DNA of 64,000 bases from Euglena gracilis. Taxonomy: Eukaryota. Positions 24,601 through 37,045 of this stretch are shown one piece after another. The first letter of the stretch is position 1, and the number at the start of each line of letters is the position of its first letter. The notes under the pieces were generated by a model, which ran no database searches, had not been told where the DNA came from, and saw nothing but the letters and a program-made list of their open reading frames with translations. Position numbers and translations under genes: made by a program. The DNA is taken from NCBI GenBank assembly GCA_039621445.1, contig CP154954.1:47347847-47411846 (forward strand), in the 5' to 3' direction.

Positions 24601-26158
24601 AAAAACATGTTTTTCAGCAAATTGAGGTGCTTTTTTACACCCAATTTTTCAAAAAAAAATCTTAACAAAAATGTCAAATTAAAATTGGGGGGTAAAAACT
24701 TGCTTTATTCATGAGAATTTTGGGTGTAAAACCACACCGACAATCTCGCATGTTTTCTTGCAAAATGTTTCCTGGGCATTCAAGGTATTTTGGGTGAGAT
24801 GCAAGGAGACGGTGACGCCGAGTTGAAAAGTTTATTTCAAAAAAGGTGTGTATTTTCAAAATAAGAAATACAAAATGCCAGCTCTAACTTAAAGGGGTGG
24901 GCCGGGTCACGGGGGCCATAGGGGGGTCACGGGGGAGATGTGGACCAAGCACAGTGCGGGGCACAAAAAAAAAGATGGTCACGCCTCAAATTTCTCCACA
25001 GACCGAGGAATGTGATCACTGGTCAGTGGTTTTCTGGGCAGGGTTCAAATTTTCCAAAATAACCCCCCCCCCAATTAGAAGCCCCCCGAGGCCACTATTC
25101 ACTCTGCGGAAACCCCGAGGGTGGGGGTTTCTAATTGGGTACCCTTTGTCTAAAGAAAAACCTTCGGCCGGCGGCCAATCCGGGGATGGAACAGGCTCAA
25201 ATTTCAAAGATGTGCAAGGTTCACTTTTTTTGAGTTTTGGGTGGATGGGCCGTGTTTCAAGGATACCAGCTATCAATTTTGTTCCTGATGTCGACCTGTT
25301 TTCGCAGAGATTTGTCCAGTTTTTCGCTATTTTTCGGATAATTTTTCGTCAATTTTGTCAGCCGGATTGGCCGGGGGGATTTGGGTTTTTGGCGGTAAAC
25401 CCAGGGGGGGGGGGGTTCTAATTGGGGGTTTATCTCAAGAAACACACATTATCTCCGGAAGTGTCTCTGACCAAATGTGCCCCTGCCTCTGACCAAATGT
25501 GGCCCTGGAGGCCCTGTATCGCCCCCCGTTCGCCGTTTTGGATGCCGACACACCTGGCCCGTGCTCCGGAACGATTTTGTGGCCCAAAACGGCCATTTTG
25601 GGGTGTTTTGGGGGCGCTTTTTTGGTGAAAAAAAAAATACATTTTTCAAAAAAAATGCCCAGAGAGCAAAAATGAAGCCCTTGGAATACCCTATCCAACC
25701 ATGATTTACTTTCCCCCAACTCTTTGTGTGGCCTGAGTTACAGCCATTTTTCGGGCAATTTTGGCCCAATTTTGGGCAGTTTTCGGGGTCAAAAAAATCG
25801 ATGTTTCCAAAATATTTCGGAGATGAAGCAAAATCAAAGGAAATGTCCAAAACTAAAGCCCTAAAAAATGCCATATTTTCTATATTGAAAACTGTGTCCA
25901 GGACGCCAGTTCGAGCGTGAAGCCAGTGCCAAGCACGCCGGTTCGGGCGTCCCGGGCACTGGCTTCACGCTCGAACCAGCGTCCTGGACACAGTTTCTTG
26001 AAACCATGTCTTGGGGGCTCCGGCTTCACGCCCAAACCGGCGTCCAAGAAATCACGGCCAATTTCGCCCCAAATACCCATGTTTGGAATACTTTTGGGTT
26101 ATTTTGGTCGTAATTGGTCGTGATCGAATTGGCAGATTTCACACTTCTGAAGCCATGT

Positions 26159-26817
26159 TAAACCCCCCCCATTTAAACCGACCCCCCTTCTAAACTGACC
26201 TACCCTTCCAAACCGACCCATTGCAGAATTTCAACCAACAAAAGAAATAAACCGACCCATGGCAAGTTGGATGACAAACATGCACAACATAATGGAAGCC
26301 GCCAACAGAAAGAGCGTCCATGCTCATTGAATAGTTAATATTGATGACCCAAAATTAGGATTTTACACCCAAAATTAGGCATTTTCTTCCAAGTTTTGGA
26401 GTTTGCGCCTCAAATTGGGCATTTTCCTCCGAAAATTTGGTGTTGGCGCCCAAAAATTACAACATTAGGCATTTGCAACCTAAAATATGAAGTTTGCACC
26501 CAAAACTATGCAGTTTGCCACCAAAAATTGGATATTACACCCAAAATTCAGCATTTGCCCCAAAAGTTAAAAATTTCCATCCCAAATTGGGCATTTGTCA
26601 CTCAAAGTTAGGAATTGGCTGACCAAAATTGGGCATTTGCATTCCAAATCGAAATTGCCTTGCTAACATCAACCCGCTTCCGTCACGCCGTCGGCCAGCC
26701 GTCGGCCTGCCGTGTGCCCTGAAACTGACCCCCCGTCTAAACCGACCCCCTCCAGGATTTCTGCCAACCCAAACGTCCTAAACTGACGGGTCGGTTTAAA
26801 TGGGGGAGGGGTTTACC
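26159..26817. mobile_element. non-autonomous TIR element
   Basis: TAAACCCC..CCATTTAAACCGACCC / GGGTCGGTTTAAATGGGGGAGGGGTTTA. Confidence 0.7.
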
Positions 26818-27826
26818 TATCAATTGAAAGCTCTTCTCAAGGGCTTTCGACAGATGGCCACGATTTCAGCCATAATGCATAGAGCTAATATTTTCAGCGA
26901 TCGTGCATTCCAAAATTGACATCTTAATTTGTCAAATCCCAAAGTTCAGGCACCATATAGCATATCAATTGAATGCTCTCCCCAAGAACTTTCGCCTGGT
27001 ACCCACAGAACTCAGCCACACTGCACAGCGCTCTGAAAATCGGCGATCGCATGTTCCGACCCTGTTTTCGAATTTGAAATTCCACTGTTTCACCTGCCAT
27101 GTTGCCCCTTGATCGAAAAGCTTCTCCAGGGCTTTCAGCAGATGTCCTTAAAAATTCCCCAAAAATTGGCCAAAAGGAAATCATCACCCCAACCCCCCCC
27201 CAATTTCACACCCGAACCGGCGTCCTAGGACGCTGGTTCGGGCATGAAGCCGGAGCCCCTGGACACGGTTGGCATAAAAATATCAATTTAAAACTGGGGG
27301 TAAAAAACTTGCCTTTTTTCAGGAGGAGCCCACACTGCGGTTATCACCGCGGTTACGTGGGCAAGACGCCTTGCAAGGTAGCGGAGGCAGAGTTCAAAAA
27401 TCGCTTTTGCACGATGACCTTGGTTTGATTCCACCTGTCAACCAACCACTACCCCCCTTATTTGACCCCCCTGATTGAGTGTTTGGGTGGTAAATGTATA
27501 TGTATGAGGTTTGGCATGTCCGATGAGGATCCTCGGCCACCCAGGAGGGTGGTTCCCATTTTGCCTTGCCGAGGGGGTCGGACCCCCCGGGGGGGTTGGC
27601 AAAATGGGTGACCTCCCCAAAATAAGACCCCCCAAAAACAAGACCCCCTCAAAATAAGACCCCCATGGGTCGCGGCCCATATCAAGCAAATCCAAAAACA
27701 AGCCCCCCCAATGACGGCACAAAGCAGCAGAGATGGAGAATTTTTTTCCCTAAAAAAATACCAAAATTTTTGAAATTTCATTTTTAAAACAAGTTTAATA
27801 AATGAAATTTCAAAATTTTTGGGATA

Positions 27827-28196
27827 CCATGCCCCCCCTTACTGTTCCCGTCCTGTGGCCCCCTTTTGGGTCCATGGGAACAGCAAGGGGGGGAGTAAGA
27901 GGGGGGGGGAGACGAGCACCCCCCCCCTTACTGTTCCCATGAGCCATGAACCAACAAACCAAGTTAGACCCAAAAGGCCACCTAAAAGCCAAAATGAAGC
28001 TTTTTTGGTTTGCATGCTTGAATTGCACCTCCACATCCATTTTGGCATTGGGTTGGATTTTGGTGGGACTGAGAGCACCTAAAACCAACCCAAAAATCCC
28101 ATTTTGCCTTGCGTTCCAAGAATCCTTTACAAAGAGTGCTGTGACACTGTACTGTTCCCGTCCCCCCAATGGGGGGGACAGTAAGGGGGGGCATGG
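27827..28196. mobile_element. MITE with CCATGCCCCCCC TIR and TA flanks (relative at 31573-31749)
   Basis: TA|CCATGCCCCCCCTTACTGT ... ACAGTAAGGGGGGGCATGG|TA. Confidence 0.75.
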
Positions 28197-31165
28197 TATT
28201 GAGTTCCAAATATAGGGCAAAAGATGAATTGAACCAATTTGCACAGGAGTGCCGAAAGAAAAATTTTAGTGCTTTTGAGAACCTGGAAAATGATTTTTTC
28301 AGGCCGGGTCGGTCAAAAGCAAAATCCAAAAATAAGACCCCCCCAAAATAAGACCCCCCCTACAGTTTTCAAACAAGGGACCCAAAAAAAACGGGTCTTA
28401 TTTGGGGGTGGTTCGGAACGCAGGGGGGGGGGGACGCGGGGGGAACCGTGGCCCAACTGCTTCACGCGTTTTCTTTGGCGTCACCCAAATTTGTGTGTAA
28501 TTATCCTTTGGTCGACCAAAAAAAACATGCCTGGCCAAAATCCGCAGGGGGGGACACGGGGGGACGCGGGGTGTTTGCGGGGGGAACACCCCTTTGGGGG
28601 GGGATATTGGTCTTGTTCTCACCGCGGTTACACCACGGTTACACCGCGGTTACACCGCGGTGACCTGGGCTCCTCCTCATGAGAATTTTGGGTGTGCCGG
28701 GCTGGGCCGGGGTTGGGCCGGGCCGGGCCGGGCCGGGCCGCCGACCATGCCATGCTTGGCTGGGCCGGGCCACCGGGCCGCCAGAGGTTCGGCACGTCTG
28801 ACGAGGACCCTCAGCCACCAGGGGGGGGGATCCCCATTTTGTCGTGCCGAGGGGGTCAGTCCCCCAGAGGGGGGGGTCCACCGTGGCGGACAGCCAGAAT
28901 TTCCCAAAGGAAAATTCATTGGTATGGTTCGGCATGCCGTGCCGAGGGGGTTGGCTGACCAGTGGGGTGGGTCCCCATTTTGCCGTGCCGAGGGGGTCGG
29001 GGGGGGGGGTGGCTGCCGAACCTCCGCCGACCGCCTCACACACCTGGAACATCTGATGCTGCATGGGAGGCTAGGTAGTCCACTTCGGGACCCCGGACCC
29101 CCCCCCTCCCCCCTCCCCCTTGTTCAGTTCATTTCGGAAGTGAATAGGGGGGTGGGGAAACCAGCTGACCTGGTCCCGGGGGCTGGTCGCACTTTTTGGC
29201 ACCCCCCGTTTCCTGGCATTGAGGCAATCTGGCCCGAAAATCACGCCGCCCCCCCCCCCGCCCCGATTTATGTCGAAAAATTGCCAGAATTTCGCTATTC
29301 GGGGGTGTTGACCAGCAGTGGCTCCGGTGATTATGGGGTTTTGGGGGGTGGGGAACCCAGCTGACCTGGTTCCGGGTCCCGAGACGCTCCCCCCCCCATG
29401 TACGTCTGGAAAAAACCAAAAACCAGAAGGATCAGCGCACACCAATCAAGGCACTTTTTCATGAAAAATTTCGGCACCTTCGGCGCCGGCCCCCCCCCCT
29501 CCCCCCCCCCTCCGGGAAGTCAACATGTCCAGTTCAGTTCGGAAGTGGACAGGGGGGTCCCGCCCCCCTCTCCCCCCGTGTACCTGGGCTCCATGGCACC
29601 ATCACATACATAAAGAGCTCAGAATTGCACAAAACCTGATTGCCCTCACCCCCCCCCCTCAAAGTGGCCACCCTCCAGGCACCGTGGGACCCCAAAATGA
29701 CCACTCTGGGGAGGAACACTTTGGGGGGTGTCAAATGCGCCTTTGGCGCCAAAAGAAATTGAGGGGGGGGGGAGGTAAAGCCAAAGCTTTTGGCCACTTT
29801 GGGGGGGACAATTTGAGGGGGGGTGTATTTTGGGGGGGGGTCGTCCCCATGACCCCTGACCCCCCTTCACCCTGTCAAAATGGCAGAGTCGAAACTGGGG
29901 GGGAGGGGTGGCGAATCCCACCCAACGGGCCTGGCGGGGAGTTTGGGGTCAAACGGAGGTGATTCGGAAACTCAGGAGCCAGTCGCTGGTGAGTGAAAAA
30001 AAAATCTGGGATCCGGGCCGGGGTCATGGTGATAATCCGTGGTTTTCATTGGAGATCAAGCGGTGACTTTTGGGATTTTGGACCCCCCTCCCCTCCCCAG
30101 GTGAAGTTCACCGTTTGAAAGTTCACCGGGGGTCCCGGACCAGGCCGTTTTTTACCAACCCCGGGGGGAGGGGGGGTCCGGAGTGCCTATGAGTGCCTGC
30201 CTAGGCAGGCACAACCCCCCCACTTGGGGGGTGGCGGATTTCGGCCTGTGCCCAGGCACATTCCTTTGAAAAAAGGCCATTTTTGGCTCCCCGGCGCCTT
30301 TGGCGCCGGGTCTGTGCTAGGGCACTTTTGGCCGTGTGCCCCCCCCCCCCGTGGGGTCAGATTTGGAGTGCCTTGGGGTGCCTGCCCAGGCAGGCACCCC
30401 CCCCCTCCGGGGTGGGGTCGGCACCCGACTAAAATACAGCCTCTGCCTAACCCAACGGTAAACTTCACCGGTGAAGTTCACCACAAGCGCACTTTTTTGG
30501 CCAAAAAATGGCCAAAAATGACATTTTGGGCAAGTTTTCTGAAATTTCGATGACATTCCACAATAAAATTCCATTTTGAAAGGAAAAGGAGCAAAATTTT
30601 ACCAAACAAATCACCCAACCATCAAAACGACCCCTGGCCATAACCTAGATCCCGAGCAAAATAAAAAAAAACCAAGAGAACAGGGCTATCTCTAAGCTCA
30701 CCCAAAGGGTGCGGGCTAAAGGGTCCAAAGGGTGCTGGCTAGAAGAAACGTGCTGGCCAGTCCCAGCACGGTACCCCAAAACATCAAAATAGAGCCGGGT
30801 TGGCATATTCTGCCAAAGTTTGGAGGCGAAACCCCAAAACCCCGCAAAAAAAATAGCCCGTTTGCCCCCCCCTTTTTAAAAAAGGTCAATTCCTTTTGGT
30901 CCAAACTTTATTTCAGCGGACCCCACGGGGGGGGGGGACGATTGGGAGTTGGTGGCTGGAAAAAAAAAAGGTGATAGTTGGCTGGACCCCTCCGGCTAAG
31001 AAAACCAAGTGCGGACCCCCAAAATCTTGGGAAGTCACAATCACTTGTGAACTCCAAGAAGAAGCGGGAGTTTTTCTTACCAATGTTGTGACAGCACAGC
31101 TTTCCAAGTTGATGCTTTGTTGCACATCCAGCTTTCAAATACACCCCTGTTTGAAAGAGATGTCT

Positions 31166-31268
31166 GTTCAAAACCATCTGCAAACTGGAAAAGATTGTAG
31201 AACTCCCGTTCTGTCATATCGCGTGGGAGTTCTGTGCAATAAATTGTGGTCACTGGCCCACCAGACAT
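31166..31268 (-). CDS. two-RRM RNA-binding protein (RBPMS/Whi3/plant NSR-like), exon 1
   Basis: MSGGPVTTIYCTELPRDMTEREFYNLFQFADGFE is RNP2 plus helix 1 of RRM1. The 3' boundary is uncertain by a few nt. Confidence 0.85.
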
Positions 31269-31287
31269 TGTGAAGGTGGGAGAAGAC

Positions 31288-31300
31288 CTGCGACAAAAAA
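31288..31300 (-). promoter_or_regulatory. 3' splice acceptor (probable spliced-leader trans-splice site) 19 nt upstream of the ATG
   Basis: Minus strand reads TTTTTTGTCGCAG|GTCTTCTCCCACCTTCACA-ATG. Confidence 0.5.
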
Positions 31301-33269
31301 GGGACTTTTCAACAACAAAGGGGTGTTCCCGTCCCCCCCCCCCCGCGCGTCCCCCCCCGTCCCCCCTCGCGTCCTGGATTGTGGCCGGGAATGTTTTTTG
31401 GTCGACCAAAGGAAAATAACATACAAATTTGGGTGACGCCAAAGAAAGTGTGTGGGGGTAGTTCGGCCATAGTTCCCTCCCTCGTGTCCCCCCCGTGTCA
31501 CCCCCCACGTCCCCCCCCCCCCGCGACCACCCCAAAAATTTGTTACACTGTCTTGCTGCCCTTCGGGCAGTTCCATGCCCCCCCCATATTGTACCCCCCC
31601 TGGGAGTCATTTTCTGGGGGGGAGGTACATTATGGGAGGGGTACAATATGGACAAACCCGTGAACCGTCAAAAAAAGACCTTTAATTTTCTTCATAAGGA
31701 AATTGGGGGGGTACATTATGGGGGGTACAATATGGGGGGGGGGGCATGGTAATGACTTTGAATTATAAAAAAAAACAAATTTGTATTGGTGAGCCCAAAT
31801 CCGACCCATTTTTTGCACCCCCGCAAGTAAAAAAAAAACCATCATCGTCCGGCCTCCCTTTGAGCGGTTGTGGAAAAAAGCCCTTGATGGGGGTTGGGCT
31901 CCGACCCCCCCTTGAGGGGGAGTCCCCCATAGGGGATCCCCCCATGGATCTCCCCAATGAGAGTGGTCAACCTTGCACTGGATGCTCGTCCTCCCAGGTA
32001 AAATTTTTTCCGACACCGATGCTCGTGACTACCTCCAAGGTGGTATACTTCCCCCGTGAACCCCCCCCGTGACCCCCCGTGACCTAATCGACGTTTTTGG
32101 GACGTTTTCAAAAAATGATTTTTGGCAGATGTGCTTAAAACTGGCTCCGAGCGGGAAATTGGCCATGGAACTTTTGGTGGTCGCTAGCGACCGGTCGCTA
32201 GCGACCGAATTCTGGCGACCAGTCGCTAGCGACCGTTGGTGGTCGACCCGACCGGTCGCTAGCGACCACCAAAAATGCGTTAACCCCCCCAGAAAATTTA
32301 TAAGCCCCCCCCCCCCGCGAGGAAAATTGAGAAAGCCATGAATTTTTATATCAAAAGTTCCTGATTCTGCTTTTAGGATCTTGCACGATGTCAGACAATG
32401 TTTACGTTACTATGAGCTGCATTGGGGACTTGAAAGCCGCTCATGCGCTTGGGTATTGCGCAAGGGCAGGCAGGGGATTTTTTTTATTGGAGGGCGGGGG
32501 GGGGGGGGGGGCGGGGGGGCGGCAGCCCCCCCCCAGCTGAGGTGTGTGTGTGTGTGCGCGCGTCTAGCACTAGTCGTCTAGTCTAGGGGGGGCTGCCCCC
32601 CCCCCGGCACCCCCCCCCCTCCAATAATCTCCGGGGGGTGCCGACCCAGGGCCAGGCGCGCATGAAATGCCACGCGCACCGTAAACAAACATTCCTAAGG
32701 CGCCTTCGGCGCCCTTGGTCGTCTAACGGGGCTGCCCAGATTGGCATTGCTGCAGTTTCTTTTGGCCGAAAGTATGGTAGCATTGTTTTGCAATACAACG
32801 GGGGTTTTGCATTACATCCCAATGGGGCGGGGGGCTGAAAATTTTTTTGGAGGGGGGGGTCGAAATTTTGGTGGTCGCCAGCGACCGGTCGGTCTGACCA
32901 CCAATGGTCGGTCGACCATGGCCAACGGTCGCTAGCGACCGGTTGCTAGCGACCACCAAAACTTCCACAGCCAATTATGAGGCCTTAAAATTGACCATTT
33001 TTTGCGAACACGCAAAAAAGTTGCCAAAACGACCCCTTTTGGGATGCCCGAGGGTCGGGGTTGGGAATAGCTGGGGGAACCAAGGTCCCCCCCCCCCCCG
33101 AGCTGTCCCCCCCCCCCGTACTGTTCCCATTGGGCCGTAAAGGGTCCCGGGGACGGGAATAGCTCGGGGGGGGGGGCAAAAATATTTAAAGATATTACAT
33201 TTTTGTGGAGTGTTTCGTAACAAGTTTTTTTCAACGAAATGTCACTTTTGTTTTTTTGCCTTTTTTTGC

Positions 33270-34215
33270 CGTTTAAACCGGCGTTTGAGACGCCGGGTTC
33301 AGGACAGAACCGGCGTCCCCCCCCACGGGTTTTACGGACGCCGGTTCTGTCCTAAAACCCGGCGTTAGGAACGCCGGTTTTGTCCAAAACCCGGCGCCCG
33401 ATTTTCATTCCTAAAAATGTCACCAAAAGTGCCCAAAAGTGGCCCTAAGTTGCTAGTATGACTGTTTCAACCATTTAGGACAATGAATTTTGCCATCTTG
33501 GGACCACTGGGGTGGATATCCAAATTTGGTGAAAATTAACCCAGATTTGGAAATAGAGTACCGTGCGGCGTGGAAAGATCTGATGAGCACCGCTGGTCGT
33601 CTGTTGAAAAGAGCTTTCGATCGAGGGGTAATTTGGGACCCTAACGTTGCACGCAGCCCGAGATCGTCGGATCGGCCAGAATCTGAGTCGAAATTTGTGG
33701 TAATTTTCAGTGATTTTTGGTTTACGATGCTGAATAAACCTTGCAGAAACGTTCTTTCTCTTCGAATCGACCACCTGAGGGGTCCTAGGGGGCACCAGAG
33801 TTGTGAAATTAGGATTTTACACTGACAGAAAATAAGAGCTCAAGGCGGCGTGGCTGAATTTGGTGGTGATCGCCAGTCGTCTGATGAAAAGAGCTTTCGA
33901 TTGAGGGGTGACTTTGTACCTGGACGATTGACACAGCCAGAAATACACTCGCGATCGCCGGAATTTGGTGAAATGCAAAGTGGCGTGACATTGCAGGTAA
34001 GTGGTCGGGGATTGGTCCTGGGAGTGTCCTTTGACCGAAGGGTGGGGACGCCGGTTCTGTCCTGAACCCGGCGTCTCTAAAACGCCGGTTTAAACAAGGG
34101 GTGGCGGACGCCGGTTCTGTCCAAACCCCGGCGTTCCGGACGCCGGTTTCGTCCTTCGGACGGAACCGGCGTCCAGAACGCCGGGTTTTGGACAGAACCG
34201 GCGTCCGCCACCCCT
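33270..34215. repeat. inverted clusters of GACGCCGGTTCTGTCC subterminal repeats (non-autonomous DNA transposon)
   Basis: The cluster at 33270-33400 is mirrored at 34045-34215. Confidence 0.6.
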
Positions 34216-34734
34216 TCTTTGTAGTAATTTCAGAAAAAAGGCATTTTTTTAAAAAAAACGCCAACTGTGAGAGTGGAGAGGGTCCGGGACCCCCGGTTGA
34301 CCAACGAAGTCCACCGAACCAGGGAGGGGAGTCCGGAAACCCAGTCAACGGGACCACCCTCCCTTCGAACCTGTTCATTGAGGGTATTTTCCCCAATCAC
34401 CCCCCCCCCCCCCCCCCACCTCCGTTCCGAACCCAAATTCAGCCCTCCCAAAAGTCGAAAATCCACATTATTTAAAATTTACCCCTCAATTTGGCATCCA
34501 AATGTAAAAAAAATCTTAATTGAAACTATTTTTGGACCCAGTGGCGTGCAAATTCCTCTTTGGGATCGAAACTTGGAGCAATGCATGACATCATGTAAGT
34601 CACATGCCCCCCTCAGACCCCAATGCCCCATTTTGGCTGAAAATCATTAAAAATTTCAGACAAAAAGTTGGTTTCTGAGATTAAAAAAACGTGTTCAGCC
34701 TGCCAAATGCCTCCCCTGAAATTCGTGGTCATGA

Positions 34735-34860
34735 ACACGTTTTCATTGGGGCATTTGTGGCAATGACACGTTTTCCATTAAGGCATCTGTGGCAATGACA
34801 CGTTTTCCATTAGGGCATCTGTGGCAATGACACGTTTTCCATTAGGCATCTGTGGCAATC
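34735..34860. repeat. tandem repeat of about 32 bp, 4 copies
   Basis: GACACGTTTTCCATTA(A/G)GCATCTGTGGCAAT units. Confidence 0.85.
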
Positions 34861-35023
34861 AAAAAATTGTTGTCATGAAAATTCGGCGACAGGTTGAGAG
34901 CTACCCTAGACTAGGTAGGTCTAGACTAGACTGGACTAGACTAGGTAGGTCTAGGGGGGTACTCTACAACAGAAGAAACGGCTAGAGGTTGCCTTTGAGC
35001 AATACGATAGGGAGTGTTAGACG

Positions 35024-35632
35024 TCACGGAAGACGACACGCTTTACACAAAAAAAAAGAGCCATACTTTGGTGGCCGCCGCAAATGATGGCAATGAAAAT
35101 GGTACGCCAAACTGCAGGCATCACACACCACTTTCCTCAGCTCCACAGGATTTGTATTTTTGGGAATGGCAACACCACAAAAAACACATTTGTCCTGTTT
35201 TATAGGCAGTCGGGACACAACACGAGGCAGAGGGGGTTGGTCGGGGGGGGGGGGGGATAGGCGCATTGCAAAAGGCAACACAACTCCCTTGGTCGTGGTT
35301 TTGCGGACTGCCCGAGCGACGGCATTCACATATGCATGAAAAGAGGTTGCCGAACAATTCCCTGAAACGAACACACTTCTCGACTGCTGCGCACGTTGAG
35401 CCACACATTGTTCAATGACGCTCGCCTCATCGAACAACAGGCTGGGTTCCAGCTCCCATCCCGTCCAGGCAACAAAGAAAGCATCCAGCTCGGGATAAGA
35501 TGCTTGCCGATGTTGACACAGTTTGGCGAACTCTAAACAGTTGGCAACAGCAGCAAGCTCAGCACCTACGGAGCTAGGCTTTTTCTTCGTGTTGCCCTGC
35601 AAGGTGCCATGAAGGGGGTCAGCCTTCGGCAT
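35024..35632 (-). pseudogene. PHD-finger ORF with an unknown upstream domain (transposon-associated)
   Basis: C-x2-C...C-x2-C...H-x2-C...C-x2-C: 'CVFC...VCDACSLAYHFHCHHLRRPPKYGSFFLCKAC'. Confidence 0.65.
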
Positions 35633-35673
35633 CTTGGCATCTTGCTGGTATCCGCGAGAGCAGCCAGGAACAG

Positions 35674-36399
35674 CAGGGGGGGGGGGGATGCGCTGGACGG
35701 CCCTCGGAAAAAATGCGCAAATATGCGCAAAAAAATGCGCAAAAAAATGCGCTGAGTTTGTGGCATTCCTAAGGGAAAAAGGACTCAGAAAAATTTACAA
35801 CACCCAAAATTAAACCAAAAATAAACCCAAAATTAAACCAAAATCACCAAAAAGAGCTGAAATGAAGGCATTTTGCCAAAAAAAAATGCACGACCAAGGC
35901 GTCACTCTCCGTTCACCATAAGCCATGGTTGCCCCTTACTTGTGACCAGGGGAGTGGGATTCCCGCCTTGGTTACGTGCCAATGTGGGGTCTGTGAAACC
36001 CCTGGTGTCCTCATCGTCATTGGATGAGTACCCACACCTCATCACCCAAGGGTTTAAGGCGGGTCTCTTGGGTGGGAAAAAAATGCGAAAATGGGTTCGT
36101 TGGTTACAGAAATGGGTCAGTTGAACGTGGGCGAAATTCGGTGAGCATGTGATTTGGGTGGAAAATTTGCAAAAATGGCAAAATGTGCAAAATTGGGCAA
36201 AAAATGCGCAAAAATGGAAAATGTGCAAAATTGGCAAAAAAAATGCGCAAAAAAATGTGCAAAAAATGGAAAATGTGCAAAAACGGAGGGTAAAATGTGC
36301 AAAAAAAAATGCGCAAAAAATGCGCAAAAATGCGCATTTTGAAAAATTGACAAAATGCGCAAAAATGCGGAAAAATGCGAAACACATCCCCCCCCCCTG
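35674..36399. mobile_element. hAT-like MITE with 6-bp TSD
   Basis: CAGGGGGG...CCCCCCTG termini, GAACAG duplicated on both sides, and AAAATGCGC subterminal repeats. A relative lies at about 49940-50198. Confidence 0.75.
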
Positions 36400-36811
36400 G
36401 AACAGTTCCGTCCTGGGGGAGGTGGCAAAAGACCATTCACAAAGTTTGCCGTGTGTTTAGCCATGGTTTGAATTGTACTGATTTCGATTGAATTTTTATG
36501 CGGTGACAAAATTTTCTCTTTGCCAAATCCACAAAAAGAAAAGCTGAAGTGATGAAGGCTCATTCATTGTATGAAAATTGAAAGTTCGATTCTCGGGTCA
36601 TGTGGGGGTCACCGGGGGGGTCACGGGGGTTGCCCCCTATGACAGTGAGCTATTCCCATCACCCAGCTCAGGGGGGGGGGGACAGCTCGAGGGGCATGGT
36701 ATTTTGGAATTATTTTGACCATTTTTGGGCAGTCTTTGAACTCAGAAGCACTCGAAGTGCTACTGAAGTTTTTCAACAAAATAAGAGTTCCTAAGAATGT
36801 TTCAAAATACC

Positions 36812-37045
36812 ACCCCCCCCTCTATTTGTCCCCCCCCCTAATGGCCAGAGCCCAGGTGGCCAATTGGGGGGGGGGTACTCATTTCAAGGGAAAATGTCTT
36901 TATTCGGGTGCTTTATGGGGATTCGCGACTGTAAAAGACGGGGTCCAGGTGGCCAATTAGGGGGGGGGGGGGTTAGGGGTAACCCCCCTAATTGTCCCCC
37001 CCCCCCTAATTGGCCAGAAGGGACGGCCAAATAGAGGGGGGGGGG
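36812..37045. repeat. dispersed MITE family copy (second copy 42362-42616)
   Basis: Near-identical CCCCTATTTGTCCCC...GGCCAGAGCCCAGGTGGCCAATT...GGCCAAATAGGGG in both places. Confidence 0.75.
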
